Origin: Selaginella moellendorffii
Taxonomy: Eukaryota > Plantae > Lycopodiophyta
Assembly: GCF_000143415.4 (NCBI RefSeq)
Contig: NW_003314343.1
Span: 620,813-684,812 of the forward strand
Direction: 5' to 3'
Length of the DNA: 64,000 nt
Position numbers and translations under genes: made by a program. Numbering within the stretch: the stretch's first letter is position 1; every line of letters begins with the position of its first letter. Positions 10,375 through 22,890 of this stretch are shown here, in pieces. Below the pieces are notes generated by a model. The model was not told the origin of the DNA. It searched no databases and worked only from the letters and a program-made list of their open reading frames with translations.

Positions 10375-10827
10375 TCATTTTATATGCTTCCGAGTGTTCT
10401 TCTCGCAATACTGCCCATAGTACTCGTGTGTCTCCATTTCTGTCTTTACCATCTCAAAAAAGATTTCATGGTAGTCTTTCGGGTGCGTGATGTTGCAGTG
10501 TGTCGCAAGAGCATATATACCATCATACTGATCATTGCCATTATTTCCACCAGACGCTAGAAAACATATGGGGCACTTCTTGAAAGTGGCAGAACTGCAC
10601 TTTTCTAAAACAAGTAAGAGGGCATTCTTTTTCACCCAATTTGTTGCACCCTCTGTCATTGCATTTATCTCCAACTCATGATCACTATCCTCACTATCCT
10701 CTCTTTCATTCTCTTGTGTGATTTGGTTATGCTGTGCAATGGGATAGTTATTGCATCTCCTAGCCCTTGAGCCCTGGGAAGAAAGATTGTGAGAGTTAAA
10801 ATTACCAACACTAGAACCCATAGACAT
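10375..10827 (-). CDS. Small Zn-finger protein, paralog of 890-1435
   Basis: 150-aa ATG ORF with KCPICF...GIYALATHC...YH...VKTEMETH. Confidence 0.65.
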   Translation of the reverse strand: MSMGSSVGNFNSHNLSSQGSRARRCNNYPIAQHNQITQENEREDSEDSDHELEINAMTEGATNWVKKNALLLVLEKCSSATFKKCPICFLASGGNNGNDQYDGIYALATHCNITHPKDYHEIFFEMVKTEMETHEYYGQYCEKNTRKHIK

Positions 10828-13309
10828 TTGTGGGTGTATTTCCCTTTTTTCGAATGAGAGTGTGAATGAAGATCTATAAATTCTAGACAGTATGCTACGA
10901 CAAACCCCTTAAGAATGTATTCTACAAAGAACCAAGTCTTTCTTTTATATGCAATAAGCTTACATCAACGGTTATTTTTTTTCCTTTCAAACGGTTATAT
11001 GGTTTCACATAGAATCTTATTTCAAATTTAATAATTTTTTAATTCTGACAAACCTAACATTTACTAGCTAGAAAGCATAGAGTACAAATTTAAAGAAGTG
11101 ACAAGAATACTCTTTTTTCAAACATTTTATCTTATGTTCTAACAAATGTCCCTATCATTGCATGTAGTAAATATTTAAATTATTAGAACAAAATGTGTTC
11201 TTTAGAACATTTTTATCTATATAATATATAGAGAGTTATTAAATTATTAGGTTCGCCATAACCTTAAAATTTTAAAATTTATAATGTTTGTACTAAATTA
11301 CAATTGAAAATTGAGCTCAACTCGTGAGCTCAACTCTTCAACTCGTGAGCTCAAGTATGGTCCGCGCCCTTCTCAGTCAAGGTGCAAAGCTACCAAGACT
11401 AAGTCAAGATCAGTGAGAGCTCACTACTCTCATAGAGTCTTAACGAAATGCAAGGTGCAACTTGCCACCAAGCATAATACAGAAGAAAGGTACAAGGGTC
11501 ACCCTTCTTAGAAAAGTGCAATAGCCACTTTTCTACACCAACTCCAGACTCTATCCAACTCAATTTTCTTAGCCCCAAAAGTCAGCATCCCTTTCGGGCC
11601 GCATCATACAAACTACTTACTAAGGTTTAAGCCAACTGAAGTTAACTCCAACCACTTCACTAGTTTGAACTGGCTTACAAAAACGGAATGGTTTTCAGGC
11701 AATGTGATCAACAGATCAGCCATTAGAAAAGCCTAAGAAAATTTGTGGAAAAATTTCCATCCTAGAGAAAGAATGACTCTCAGTCCAGGATACAAACTTT
11801 CAAGACTCAGCCAACTTCCTCCTACTAATAACTTCACATAGTTTCACCTCAACACAAACTCTCATAACCCATAGTATGCTAAGCATTGAACATCTTTGCC
11901 CATACTTCCGATATCCAACACCGACATTCATAAAATGCAATGTGAACATCCAAAGCTTGATCACAAAGATCACATCTTCAAATATCTATATTGCACTAAC
12001 ACTTTTCTTCAACCACCTTCAAGATCCAATGTGAAGCCAAAACACTAACAAAAAAAATGACATGGAAAATCAAGCTCTAAGGAAAATTCCTCATCACTTG
12101 AAGAACAATGCCACTTCCACTAACACAAGTGCTAGTGATGTCATTGCTTGAACTACACACTTTCTCCATCCAATAATTTACTCCAAGTGCTAACGGATCA
12201 ACCGACGAGCCATAGCAAGTGAATGCTATAACTTTTTCCTAACACCTCAGTGGGCAAACTCAAGGAAACAAGGAACCAACTTAAGCTTAGCATAATGGAC
12301 CACCATCGAGAATCCAGTCAAAGCTACTACAATGCTACTTCATGCAAGTAGACTAGCATCACCATCAACCACTTTGGGGTTGATCATCGTTTAACCAAGC
12401 AACTTGGTAAACACATTGCTCATTATCACATGAATATGATATGGAAATCACAATGTCTTGATCATCAATTGAGCAACACCACGAGCAATGCCAATGTCAT
12501 TACTTCAAAGGTTTATGTGAGTATCAAGTGTCAACTCGACTCGACAAAATGCAACATAAATGCCACACTCCACCGATAAAAGATTTACAACACCTAACAC
12601 CACTAACTTTTGTTCACAACACAGACAAACTCATGCCACTCTTTTTCCGACCAAACTCAAAACTAATCCAACACTAAGCTACTCAAAGAGCAATAGCAAG
12701 GTTCCCCGGAAAAGAATTGAGCATTGCAACCCAAGTCCTCCAATAACAAGCCTAAACAAAATGGTATAGCGCTTCACCGCTATCCATCCCACAACTCACT
12801 ATTTGTAAGACCATCACCTCCAAATGCATCAAGGTAGGGACTCTTGATTGCATGATGTGAACATGAGCAATGAGTTAACACTTCGTTGCAAATCATCTCT
12901 CCAAGAAGAGAAGATGATTTACATGTTTGATCCTTCGTCCCCGCGACTCTCTTTTCGGTCTCATCTTTGACTAAACCTCAAGCTTGCTTTAGCACTGCCT
13001 TCAGTCCAATTCAAGAAAAGTTTATGAGAGAGCACGGCAATGACTACTTGAATCAATAGACTAATCCCTATAGTCTTGATTGATCCACTTATAATCATGC
13101 CTAGGAAGGATCCATTAGTGCCGTGCTAAACAGCTACGGACCAGCCTATTTGCCACTCATAGCAAACTCAGGGAAGGTTTGCTTTCACCTATGGTACACA
13201 AAACAACTCATGGAACCACTGGAGCAACTCATGGAACCACCGATAGGCTAACATTAACTGTATCGAAAGTTACCTGTCAGTTAGTCCTTACGGACACTCT
13301 TACCTTACT

Positions 13310-13690
13310 GCCACGATGGCAGGAGGTCAGTATTGCTGGTTCCCTTTATTAGCCCCTCTTGTTCAAGTGTTAGTTTACTGGGCTTAGCACCTGTACTTAG
13401 CCAGATGGACATAAAGTAGGAACTCCTATGTGTTTCTAGTTGAGCATACTCGGCCTGGCTCTTAGTTCTCTGGGGGGTTCCAAATGTATAGTAGGGATAG
13501 TGGGTAGGTCGGGCATGGCCGACCAACCTGAGGCATAGTCTAGCTCCCGCTTGCGTGCCTGTCCTTGTTCTGCGTCCGGCTTGGGTCTAAGCCCAAGTTC
13601 CATTCCATGCTAGTTGGTGGAGTACCTATGTCCTCGCGTTAGGCCACCGGTATGCCGAAATAGCGCCAGACTCTATTTGGCTCCGTTTTG
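13310..13690 (+). mobile_element. LTR-retrotransposon leader fragment, same family as 51830-52520
   Basis: Shared blocks ttccc..tagccc..ttgttcaagtgttagt and ctagttggtggagtacc..tcctcgcgt.aggcca...tatgcc. Confidence 0.6.
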
Positions 13691-14024
13691 CGTGTTGGTC
13701 CTAGCATTGGGATGCTAGTTACTCTAGGACTGTTCCAAGTCGCTCCGGGCTCCTGTCCCTTCGCTCCTTGGGCTTTATGCTCAGGAGTTGCTCCGTGGTT
13801 CAGTTCCATCACTCTTTGGCTTCACGCTTGGGAGTTTGGCACCATTCCTTTGTTTAGTGGCCCAAGGCCTTGAACCTCGGGTTCCTATGGACACGTGGCA
13901 TGGACATGTGGTGTGTGACATGTGGCATTTATCACGTGGCACAAAGAGGGTTTAGGTTCCGCTTTGTGGTGTTATTCTATGGTAAATCACCATAGGATAA
14001 AGGGTCAAAACCACGTGCGCTACA

Positions 14025-14840
14025 GTTGGTATCGGAGCAAATGGCACAGATTCGATTCCCATTGATTAATGGCTACTTAAAAGTATAATATACCCTTGAG
14101 CAAGGTATATTCCTACCCCTAAATTTAAAATTGTATGTATTGGGCATCCATGTGTACGTCCTTCCTCTTGTGTGGAGTATCTACGGACGAAGGTATCCAC
14201 CGTGGGACTGCGGTACGAATGGATGACTAGTTGCCTCACATGGAATAGCTGATCTACACAATGGAAGGATTGGTAGATTTAGTGCGGAAATGGAGGTGCT
14301 GGTTCCCCTTGGCTCAGTAGGGGTTGTTAGTCAATAGTCAATGAGGACATTGATATCTCTAAAGAGGGGGTGAGTGTAGCGTATGTGATTATGGGATGAG
14401 ATTTGGATATACTGTCACCGTGGATCCTTGGAACCTTGGGGGATAAATGGGGATAAAATAGCCACTAAGGGCTTGATGAGAGAGGGTTGTTAGTCAATAG
14501 TCAATGAGGACATTGATATCTCTAAAGAGGGGGTGAGTGTAGCGCATGTGATCATGGGATGAGATTTGGATATACTGTCACCGTGGATCCTTGGAACCTT
14601 GGGGGATAAATGGGGATAAAATAGCCACTAAAGGCTCTCTCATCAAGCAATTACCCCTTTTCCAGTTGGCTTAAGGGGAGAAAGATAAGGTGTGTTATAG
14701 TACTGTAGTGCACTAAAAAAGGAGCAATTACTTTATGAGAGAGCCCTTAATGGCTATTTTATCCCCATTTATTCCCCAAGGTTCCAAGGATTCACGGTGA
14801 CAATATATCCAAATCTCATCCCATGATCATATGCGCTACA
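14025..14840 (+). mobile_element. TRIM-like non-coding mini LTR element, rearranged (tandem and inverted LTR copies)
   Basis: ...CGCTACA then PBS TGGTATCGGAGC (tRNA-iMet type, 14027-14038); PPT aaagagggggtgag (14361-14374); LTR copies starting TGTAGCG at 14375 and 14538; inverted LTR at 14705-14840. Confidence 0.75.
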
Positions 14841-15434
14841 TTTAGTTAGAGCACATATTGAGATTAATATATAGTAGGTCTAGTTTATGTCTAGTCGGCC
14901 TTGACCCGAGGGCCAAGAGAGCGGGGTAGCTCTCAACTTCAATCCACAAGGGTGTGAATTTATTATAAAGCTTGGTGAATTATAAATTTATAAAGAAGTG
15001 TGATAGATTGTAAGAAACAAAAAAAGAATGACTCAAAATATAATTTTTAAAGGTTTAAATATAGAGGGAAAGGTGCATCCCTAATTTTTGGGATGTTTAG
15101 GGTTAAGAATTCTTAGGTTTAAATATTACTGGGCTTAGGAAGTGAAGATTAAATTGCATAACTAATTTAAACAAGCCCTGATAAAAGACATCATTATAGT
15201 TGTTAATATATCTAATTACATACTTGAAAATGTCTAGGAGATGGCCGAAGTGGCTAAACTTAAACATCCCAAGAATGATAGATGGTAAAGTGATCAAACC
15301 AATAGTGCATATCATCCCTAAAATTCTCATGGAAGAAATCTAGCTATGGAAAAAGAAGTTGTTTTAAAGGATGAGTATGTTACTTTTCCATAAAAATGAA
15401 TGAAAAAAAGAAAAAAATGAAAAAACTATAAAAA

Positions 15435-15685
15435 TGAGAGAGATCTAAACAATGTAAAAGCTAGATTTAAACTAAAAATAAATCTAAGCACTTCTTAAAG
15501 ACAATTAGAGCTACTCCTCACTTTCACTAATGTGAGTGATTGGAATATAAAAATATGTATATTTAATTAGCCCAAAAACCTAGCTTATATACACAAAGCA
15601 AGTGGTTTGGATTGAAAATAATCTGATGGCTATTAAATTTTCATTATGCTAATAATAATATATGTCATTGTAGCTGATACTCATA
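15435..15685 (-). mobile_element. Degenerate LTR + leader fragment of the family at 22941-27946
   Basis: Matches 27680-27940 (agatcta.acaatg..aaagcta...tgtgagtg..tggaatat...ttagcccaaaaacc). Confidence 0.7.
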
Positions 15686-17519
15686 AATTAAAATAATTTT
15701 AAGGAAATTAAAACTTTATATTAAAAATAATTATAATTATTAATTTTTTATTTTAATATTTATTAGTCATAAAAGTAACAATATTATTATATTAATAATA
15801 TTTTTGATAGCATTAATAAAAAAATAGAATATTAGTTTTCCAAAGCGAACCAAGCATTGCTAGTAATTATATAGGGTAGCAAATTATTTTGATTTACTTT
15901 AGAGGGGTGTAAAGTATATACTCAAAATATCTAGCTATATTCTAAAATGTTCCTTAATCCAATGGTTATGGTTTACTGCTCTTAAACTTTTCTCTAATTC
16001 ATTTATAATCAATATTTAATATTAATATTTTACTAATAGAATATATGTTTAAGCTTAAAGCAAAACGAAAAATGGCACTTTGATTGCTCTTCCTACTCAA
16101 CTCTCTCCATGGGTAATCACATGTTTTAAGCATTTCCCAAGCTCATCACTATGTATTCATATGAAAAATCATGGATATTTGGGGTCGTTTTGAAGAAGGA
16201 TATAAAGTCTTGGATCTCATGAGCTTGTTTGATGTCTTCTAGGAGATTTGTATAGGATGGATCTTTCCCCATTGCTCCATAATTAATCATTTCCAAAATC
16301 CTCTTTGGCCATATGAATATCTAGAAGTAGTGGACTAGAAGCTCGATCATTAAATAATCCTTCACATTGAGATTTCCCTGTCATAGAGCATCTGAAGCTC
16401 ATGATAGTCCCTAGCTCAACAACAATCAATCTAGTCTTTCTATGTTGCAGTTTAATATTGTTGGCATGGGGATTTGCTCCTAAGGATTGCTTCTTCTAAT
16501 ACTCATGGTGCACACCACAACATAGCTTTCAGTTTGGAGGCTATAAGGAATGGACTATAGTTGAGATCCTTAAAGCAAAAGATGGTTGATTACCCTCCTG
16601 TAGGAGAATTCCAGTGGGAGATGGCTTATCTAGAAGTGAGAGCTTAGCATTATGCTTGACTGAATGCAATCTATTGAATTTTGGGAATTTATTTTTGGTT
16701 TGCTTAAACATATAGTGAATATGCCTAGATTATGCCTGGATATTCTAGGATATTCTACCATCTAATGTAATTCATTTAGATTAATCTTGTATTTATAGTT
16801 TATAAACTTTCATAACACTTTCTAGTATATTCTAATTTATTCTACCATCTAATGCAATAATATTAATCTTGTGCTTATTAGTTATAAACATGTTTATAAT
16901 TATAAACTTCCAAAATGTTTATTATCTTCCTATCTATATAATTTTTTTTTTTCCTCACATCAAACCAAACTAAACATTGAGCTTGTGCATTGCTGCTTCC
17001 AGCTTGTTCTGAGACCTTGGATCTTGTCCACTGCCGCTTCCTAATTTATGATCTCACACCTTTGGTGTTTCATCTCATAACACGCTCAGCTGTGGCGTTG
17101 CCTGGTTTATCAGATGCACTTGGAGCTCTTCTTCCTTCAACTCTGCTCCAATGCACGTCCTTTCTGATCTTCTAAACCACAAGAAAATCCTCATATTGCC
17201 TTGCTCTTTGCTGGAATCTTATAAAGTCATTAAATCTCGCCATCTAGGGTATTACTATCCACATCATTGGATTTCATGATGAAAGGATTTCCAATGTGGA
17301 TCTGGATTGAACTAGGATGAGATTTGTCCTGCACAGACAGCCAAATTGGACCATGCGTGAGCCCGGAAGGAATTCCGAGAATGCTGCATTAATTTCCCGG
17401 CTCGGCTGTGCGCGATATCTGGAGCCCAGATGGCTTCTGTGAAGAAGCTGATCAACGACGCCAATGGTAAGTCGAGCGAGAGAAAAAGGAAAGTTGAAAA
17501 ACAAGAGAGAACGACCTCG

Positions 17520-19232
17520 TCAAAAATTAGGGCAAAGCAAATCCTTCGCCACTATTTTCTTAATGGCATGCACGGTGGCCAGTGACACGTAAAACCCACC
17601 ATTCTCGGGCTCGAACTCACACACCGCTTGTGCCGCTCGAGTACCTCGCTCAACATCGCCATAGCTCTTGCAAGCAGCGAGCAAGCTCGTCCATTCGACC
17701 ACATCCGGCAGAAAAGGCATGGTTTTGATCAAATCCTCTGCGTCTTCGAGATAACCAGCCCGGCTCAAGAGATCCACCATGCAGCAAAAGTGGTGCTTGG
17801 TCGGCTCCAGCTCGAAGTCCAACTGCATGGAAGCAAAATGTGATCTTCCCATGGAAGCCTTCCCGACGTGGTTGCAAACGAGAAAGATCTCCCGGAAACA
17901 TAGGTGGTCGGGAAGCTCGAGCGTTTTCATGGATTCGAATGTGTCAAGGGCCGAGGCGAAGCGTCCATTTTGCGCAAAGGCGACGAGCATGGCACTCCAG
18001 GAGAGCAGATCTCGCTCGGGCATTTGGAGGAACAGGGATCGAGCTTGGCAAACATGACCGTTCTCGGCGAATCCAGATAGGAGAGTGTTCCAGGAGACAA
18101 GGTTTCGGTCCGGAAGTTCGATGCCAAACATTTTCGCTGCGTCTTCCGCGTAGCCGCTCCACGAGTAAGCCGCGAGCATTGCATTGAAAGACACCATGTC
18201 TCTCTCCGGCATCGAGTCGAACAGAGCCTTGGTTTGCTCGAGATGGACGCCGTTTTGCACAAAAGCAGAGAGTATCGCGTTCCAAGAGACCAAACTCCGC
18301 TGCGGCATCGTGTCAAACACGAGCTTGGCTTCCTCCAAATGACCGTTTTGCGTATATGCAGCGAGCATAGCAGTCCACGACACAGTGTCTCTCTCGGGCA
18401 TTGTCGTAAAGATTCTCTTTGCATCGCTAAGATTCCGGGACTGCGCAAAGCCCACCAGAAGAACCGTGACCGAGATCAGGTTTCTCTGTGGCAGCGAGTC
18501 AAACAAAGTTTTGGCTTTTCGTAAATGTCCGGTTTTTGCATATCCATCAAGCATGGCGTTCCAAGTAATTAAATCTCTCTCCGGCATTGAGTCATACACT
18601 GACACTGCTTCCTCAAGCTTTTCATGTTGGACGTAAGCGCTTAACACAGAGCACCAGGAGATTAAATCATGAACAGGCATTGAGCCAAAGATTTGTCTCA
18701 TTTTCTCCAAATGCCCGTTTTGGGTATATGCCGCAAGCATAGAGTTCCAAGACACAAGATTTTGCTCTGGCAAAAAGTCAAACACAAACTTGGCCTCCTC
18801 AACATGTCCGTTTTGTGCGTAAGCGGCCAACATGGAGTTACACGTCACCATATTCCACTGTGGCATTCTTACAAAGAACTCCCTGGCTTGCAGTGGATGC
18901 CCTGCCTGGGCATATGCAGATACCATGGTTGTCCACGCCACAAGGTCTGGATTGGGAATCTGGAAGAAGATGTGCCTGGATTCTTCCAGAGATGCGTTCC
19001 TGCAGTACGATGCGAGGAGAAGATTCCATGCGAACGAATCTTTTGGGCCGTCGATGGCATCGAAAATGGATCGCGCTTTTGCCAGGCTCCCACACCGTCC
19101 ATACATCTCGATAAGCTTCTTGGCCACGAATTTGTCGGAGCTCATCCATGGCGGGATGCGCGAGTGGAGATTCTCGGCTTCGGCAAGCGTCCTACACGAT
19201 TGGATTTGCTCCAAGCATTGCCTTCTCTCCAT
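17520..19232 (-). CDS. PLS-class pentatricopeptide repeat protein with E-type C-terminus (organellar RNA editing/processing factor-like), no DYW domain
   Basis: 570-aa intronless ORF of ~31-aa S-type repeats (MPERDLVSWNAMLAAYAQNG) followed by HFCCMVDLLSRAG...WTSLLAACK...YVSL. Confidence 0.92.
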   Translation of the reverse strand: MERRQCLEQIQSCRTLAEAENLHSRIPPWMSSDKFVAKKLIEMYGRCGSLAKARSIFDAIDGPKDSFAWNLLLASYCRNASLEESRHIFFQIPNPDLVAWTTMVSAYAQAGHPLQAREFFVRMPQWNMVTCNSMLAAYAQNGHVEEAKFVFDFLPEQNLVSWNSMLAAYTQNGHLEKMRQIFGSMPVHDLISWCSVLSAYVQHEKLEEAVSVYDSMPERDLITWNAMLDGYAKTGHLRKAKTLFDSLPQRNLISVTVLLVGFAQSRNLSDAKRIFTTMPERDTVSWTAMLAAYTQNGHLEEAKLVFDTMPQRSLVSWNAILSAFVQNGVHLEQTKALFDSMPERDMVSFNAMLAAYSWSGYAEDAAKMFGIELPDRNLVSWNTLLSGFAENGHVCQARSLFLQMPERDLLSWSAMLVAFAQNGRFASALDTFESMKTLELPDHLCFREIFLVCNHVGKASMGRSHFASMQLDFELEPTKHHFCCMVDLLSRAGYLEDAEDLIKTMPFLPDVVEWTSLLAACKSYGDVERGTRAAQAVCEFEPENGGFYVSLATVHAIKKIVAKDLLCPNF

Positions 19233-19528
19233 AGACTAGCATTTTTTCTCCATAGACTAAACTTTCAAAAGGCTTTGACTAGTCAACAAGTCGACCAGCT
19301 TGTTGAGAGTTCGAATCCGGTAACAAGACTCCCGCTTTTAGCATAAAAATAAAAAAGAGGTTTTAGGGTTCTTCGGGAATGGGCGTTGATCGGAGGTGAG
19401 AATGCGGCTGTGTGGAGTTCGCTAGCTAGACGCTGGAGTGATGATCTCTCTCGTGACTCACCAGCACGGCGGTGTCGATTCCCCTGGCAAGATTGACAGC
19501 GGCAGCTGCTTCCGGGGCTTTTGCGCCA

Positions 19529-21501
19529 ATGGAAGGGAATGTGTCGGACGCGGATTACTTCGAGCAGATGGAGGCTCATCTCCGATTCGATCTGGAAATG
19601 GAGGTGCTGGACCTGGAGAGCTGCCTGGAAGCTGGAGGATCGATTGACAGGCCAACAAATGCTGCTCCAGTGCAGGAGGAGGAGCGAAGGCCGCTGAGTC
19701 TACGCCAGGAGCTTGCCAAGGCACGGCAGATCAAGAGCGTCTCGTCGCGGCCCAGGAAGCAGGCAAGGAGAAAGAGTAGTGTGAGGATTCTCCAGCCGCG
19801 TAGCGATCGGCAAAGGAGGAGCCAGAGATTGGTAGAGTGTGAGAGGAAGGGTGCCGGGATTCCAGTGGCGTGCCGGGAAAGAATGGATGATGGTGAGCTC
19901 GAGAAAGATGGTGGAGACGAAAATGGTGATCGTGTGGAAAATCCAGTGCCATCTATTGACGCACTTCACAAGATCGTGGAGAAAAGTATGCCTGACAAAG
20001 AAGAGATTGTGCTCGAGAGAAGCCTGTTGGTCGACGACGGGGCCAAAGCCGAGAGGAAGCGTCCAAGCGAAAGCATTGATGACATCGATGACAGGTTATG
20101 CGACAAGACGAGTATCGAGGAGGAAGCAGGAACGAGCACTTCGGGTGCCAGTAAAGAAGATCTAGCGAGTTTGAAGCTCGAAAGAAAACGCTCGAAGGGG
20201 GGAAAGGCCGCACCAGTGAAGACCAAGCAGCAGCGATTGGGGGCAATGGCTCGACCGAGCGATCCACACAAGGTAACAGAGAAGAGTCTAGCCGGCAATC
20301 TAGATCCTCAATTCAACGAACAAGAAGTTGACCGGGGAGTGGCTGAGCCGGATTTGGCTGAGAAAGAAGGACCGAAGAGTAATGGATCAGTTGACGACGA
20401 TCGGGTGAAGAACTCGGAGAAACCAACGAGCACTCCAAAGAGCAAGGAATCCGAAGAGCTGCTCCACCAGCAAAGCAGAGTACCGGCTGGTGACAATCTT
20501 CTGGGAAATCCCGAGAAACGAAGTGAGGAGGAGCCGTCTCCAGGGAATGAGATGGCGAGTGATTGCATCGAGTACTCGTGGGAGCCATCTCTACCTTTGG
20601 AAGCAGTGGCTGTCGAGGACAAGTGTGCTGAGGTTGTGGTCGCAGTGGTCACAGAGAACAAAACTTTAGCTCCGATACAACAACAAAAGATGCCATCTCT
20701 ACCTTTGGAAGCAGTGGCTGTTAAGGACAAGTGTGCTGATGCTGTGGTCTGGGACAACGAATTTTTAGCTCCCTCAACAACGGATACCAGCGCTCAGATA
20801 CAACAACAAAAGCCGGCATCTCAACGAAACGGGGAACTCTGGTACGAAGAAGGCCCTCATCGCGGACAGACAGGAGAAATGTGGAAAATGCTCGAAAGCG
20901 CGAAGAGCAAGAGTGTAAAGGTGATGGAGTGGAAGACAAGGGCGATAGAAATCTGGAGCTGTTGGCGGCACCAGTGGAAGAGCCAAAGCGTCTACAGCCG
21001 AAAAGAATAGCGAGAAGACGAGACAGGTCCCATGAGGAGACAGCTGAGAAGCAAGCTCGCGGATCTTCTAAGATGGCCGAAACAGAGCCCGTGAAGAAGT
21101 CGAGGAAGGATTTGGAAGCTGTCTCACGCGTGGAAGAGACAAACCTTGAGGCTCACAGAAGAATGCGGACTCGCTCCGCCACCAGGCTACAAGTCTCACC
21201 TCTGGTGATTGATCTCGACGAACAGGGGGGAAACGAAGCAGCAGCAAGAGAAGGCAACCAGATAGCTGTAATCGCAATCGATCCGACTGGTGATGGAGGA
21301 AGCAGCAGACAAGAATGTAGCAAAAGGATCAACACTCGTTCTTCTCCGCAGGTTGCAATGCTAGCGCTTGAGCCTTTGCCTCTGCGAAGAAGTAAGAGAG
21401 CTAGCCAGGAAATGGCGAACAAGAGAAAGCTCTCTGGAGGAGAGGCTAACCGAGGGACGAGAATCATTAGAAAACGAGGAGTGCTAGTTGATGACATGTA
21501 A
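19529..21501 (+). CDS. Hypothetical charged, low-complexity (probably nuclear) protein; two overlapping ORFs, frameshift or small intron near 20880
   Basis: 512-aa and 206-aa overlapping ORFs of similar E/K/R/S-rich composition; internal duplication PSLPLEAVAVxDKCA; no recognisable domain; start uncertain. Confidence 0.45.
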
Positions 21502-21682
21502 CTTTATTTTCAAGTATACAATCACGTGAGCTCCACCTGGCCTTTGTACATATCAACCATGGTTAATATTACCATCTCCAGCTTAGAAACGGTAATTAAG
21601 GAATAACAGCGATTACAATCGTTGAGCACTGAACTTACTAGCGCTGCAGTTTACTTCCTTGGAGCATCTCTTTTCCACATTC

Positions 21683-22890
21683 GTGAGGGGGATTTTCTAG
21701 TTGTACACCAGGAGCTCACTCTTGACATGTTGGATTTTTTTTCTCAATTTCAACCTCAAACCTAATTAGACATGAACTGGGACCAAAGAACATACCCAGA
21801 ACTTGGATGTTTCAGCTTCCAGTGGACAAGAGATCATACCCACCAAACATACATGATGTGATCCAATATTTAGTGCAGAGTACTCATCTCCGATTTCAAA
21901 AAGGTGGTAGTGGATAGCCTTGGGTGAGAGCCAAAAGAGTGAAACATAGTGGACACTAATCATTGCTCTAGTTGGCCCCTTCTGTGATGCATTTTTGTAG
22001 CCAGAAAAATCTTGTAGAGGCAATAGCTCATATCAAGGTGAAAGGCAGCTATCAAGAAAGATCGCAGATAAAACTTTATAAACTTTGAAGTTAAGAATTA
22101 CACTTAGCCCAAAGTCCAGGATGTGCAAATCAAAGCAAACATACTTATGGCAACAAAACTGCCCAAAGTACATTTTCTTAAGAACAACTTGAAAAACATT
22201 GCAGTTTGGATGCTATCGGCCTTGAGGACAAGTAAAAACTTCTGCTTCTTGCCAGTGAACAGTTTGTACCCAAAGTCCATGAGCTTGCTACACCACTTGA
22301 TGAGTATGTTTGACAGGTAGACTTTGGATCCATAGCCAGCACTGGAAGCTTGAGCATGGATCCCTTCTTTAGAACCACTATTCTTTCTAGAGATTTCTTC
22401 TCGTGCTGCTACTCAATCTCTGTGCAAGAGCTCCAAGGTAGCCATGAAATTTGGCTCTTCATCTGGCTTAATTAGCGAATTCCAAGACACACTCACCATG
22501 GAAAAGAGCTCTCACTGGACTTCCCCGCCTGGATTGCAAGAAGACGAGGTTTTGCATGTGGATGCCGCAGAGGACTGCCAGCTGCAATGCCTGGAGAACC
22601 TCGTTTGAGGTACTAATATAATTTAGAATTAAAGCTTGATTCCATATATATTAAAGAATATCCTAAACTATGCTTGGATATTCTCTATATCTAAGGGTCC
22701 AAAATTAATTAGGGTATTTTTATTACAAATACTACATTTTAAAAAAGAATCATTTTGAGGATTATGGAGATAATGGAGTAATTGAGAGCAAATAAATATC
22801 AAGCTGCTATTAACATAAAAAAAGGTAAATTTGAATAACAGTGGCCTATGGAACTTAATATCATAAATTAATGAAGGGGTGTTTCGATGA
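21683..22890. repeat. Segmental duplicate of 48320-49445 (homology resumes at ~27963-28060 after the gypsy insertion)
   Basis: Both copies start gtgaggg.gattttctagttgtacaccaggagctcactcttgacatg and are colinear apart from small indels and one short inversion. Confidence 0.9.

Larger units (their letters stand above)
890..10827. mobile_element. Large MULE-like DNA transposon carrying a ParB-MTase gene and two Zn-finger genes (termini not resolved)
   Basis: Compact symmetric four-gene layout, shared short AT-rich introns and internal tandem repeats. No TIR/TSD pair identified; the left end may lie outside the window. Confidence 0.65.

Noticed and set aside
11400-13200. Possible decayed retroelement coding sequence
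   Set aside because: No readable domain motif or long ORF, so left unannotated
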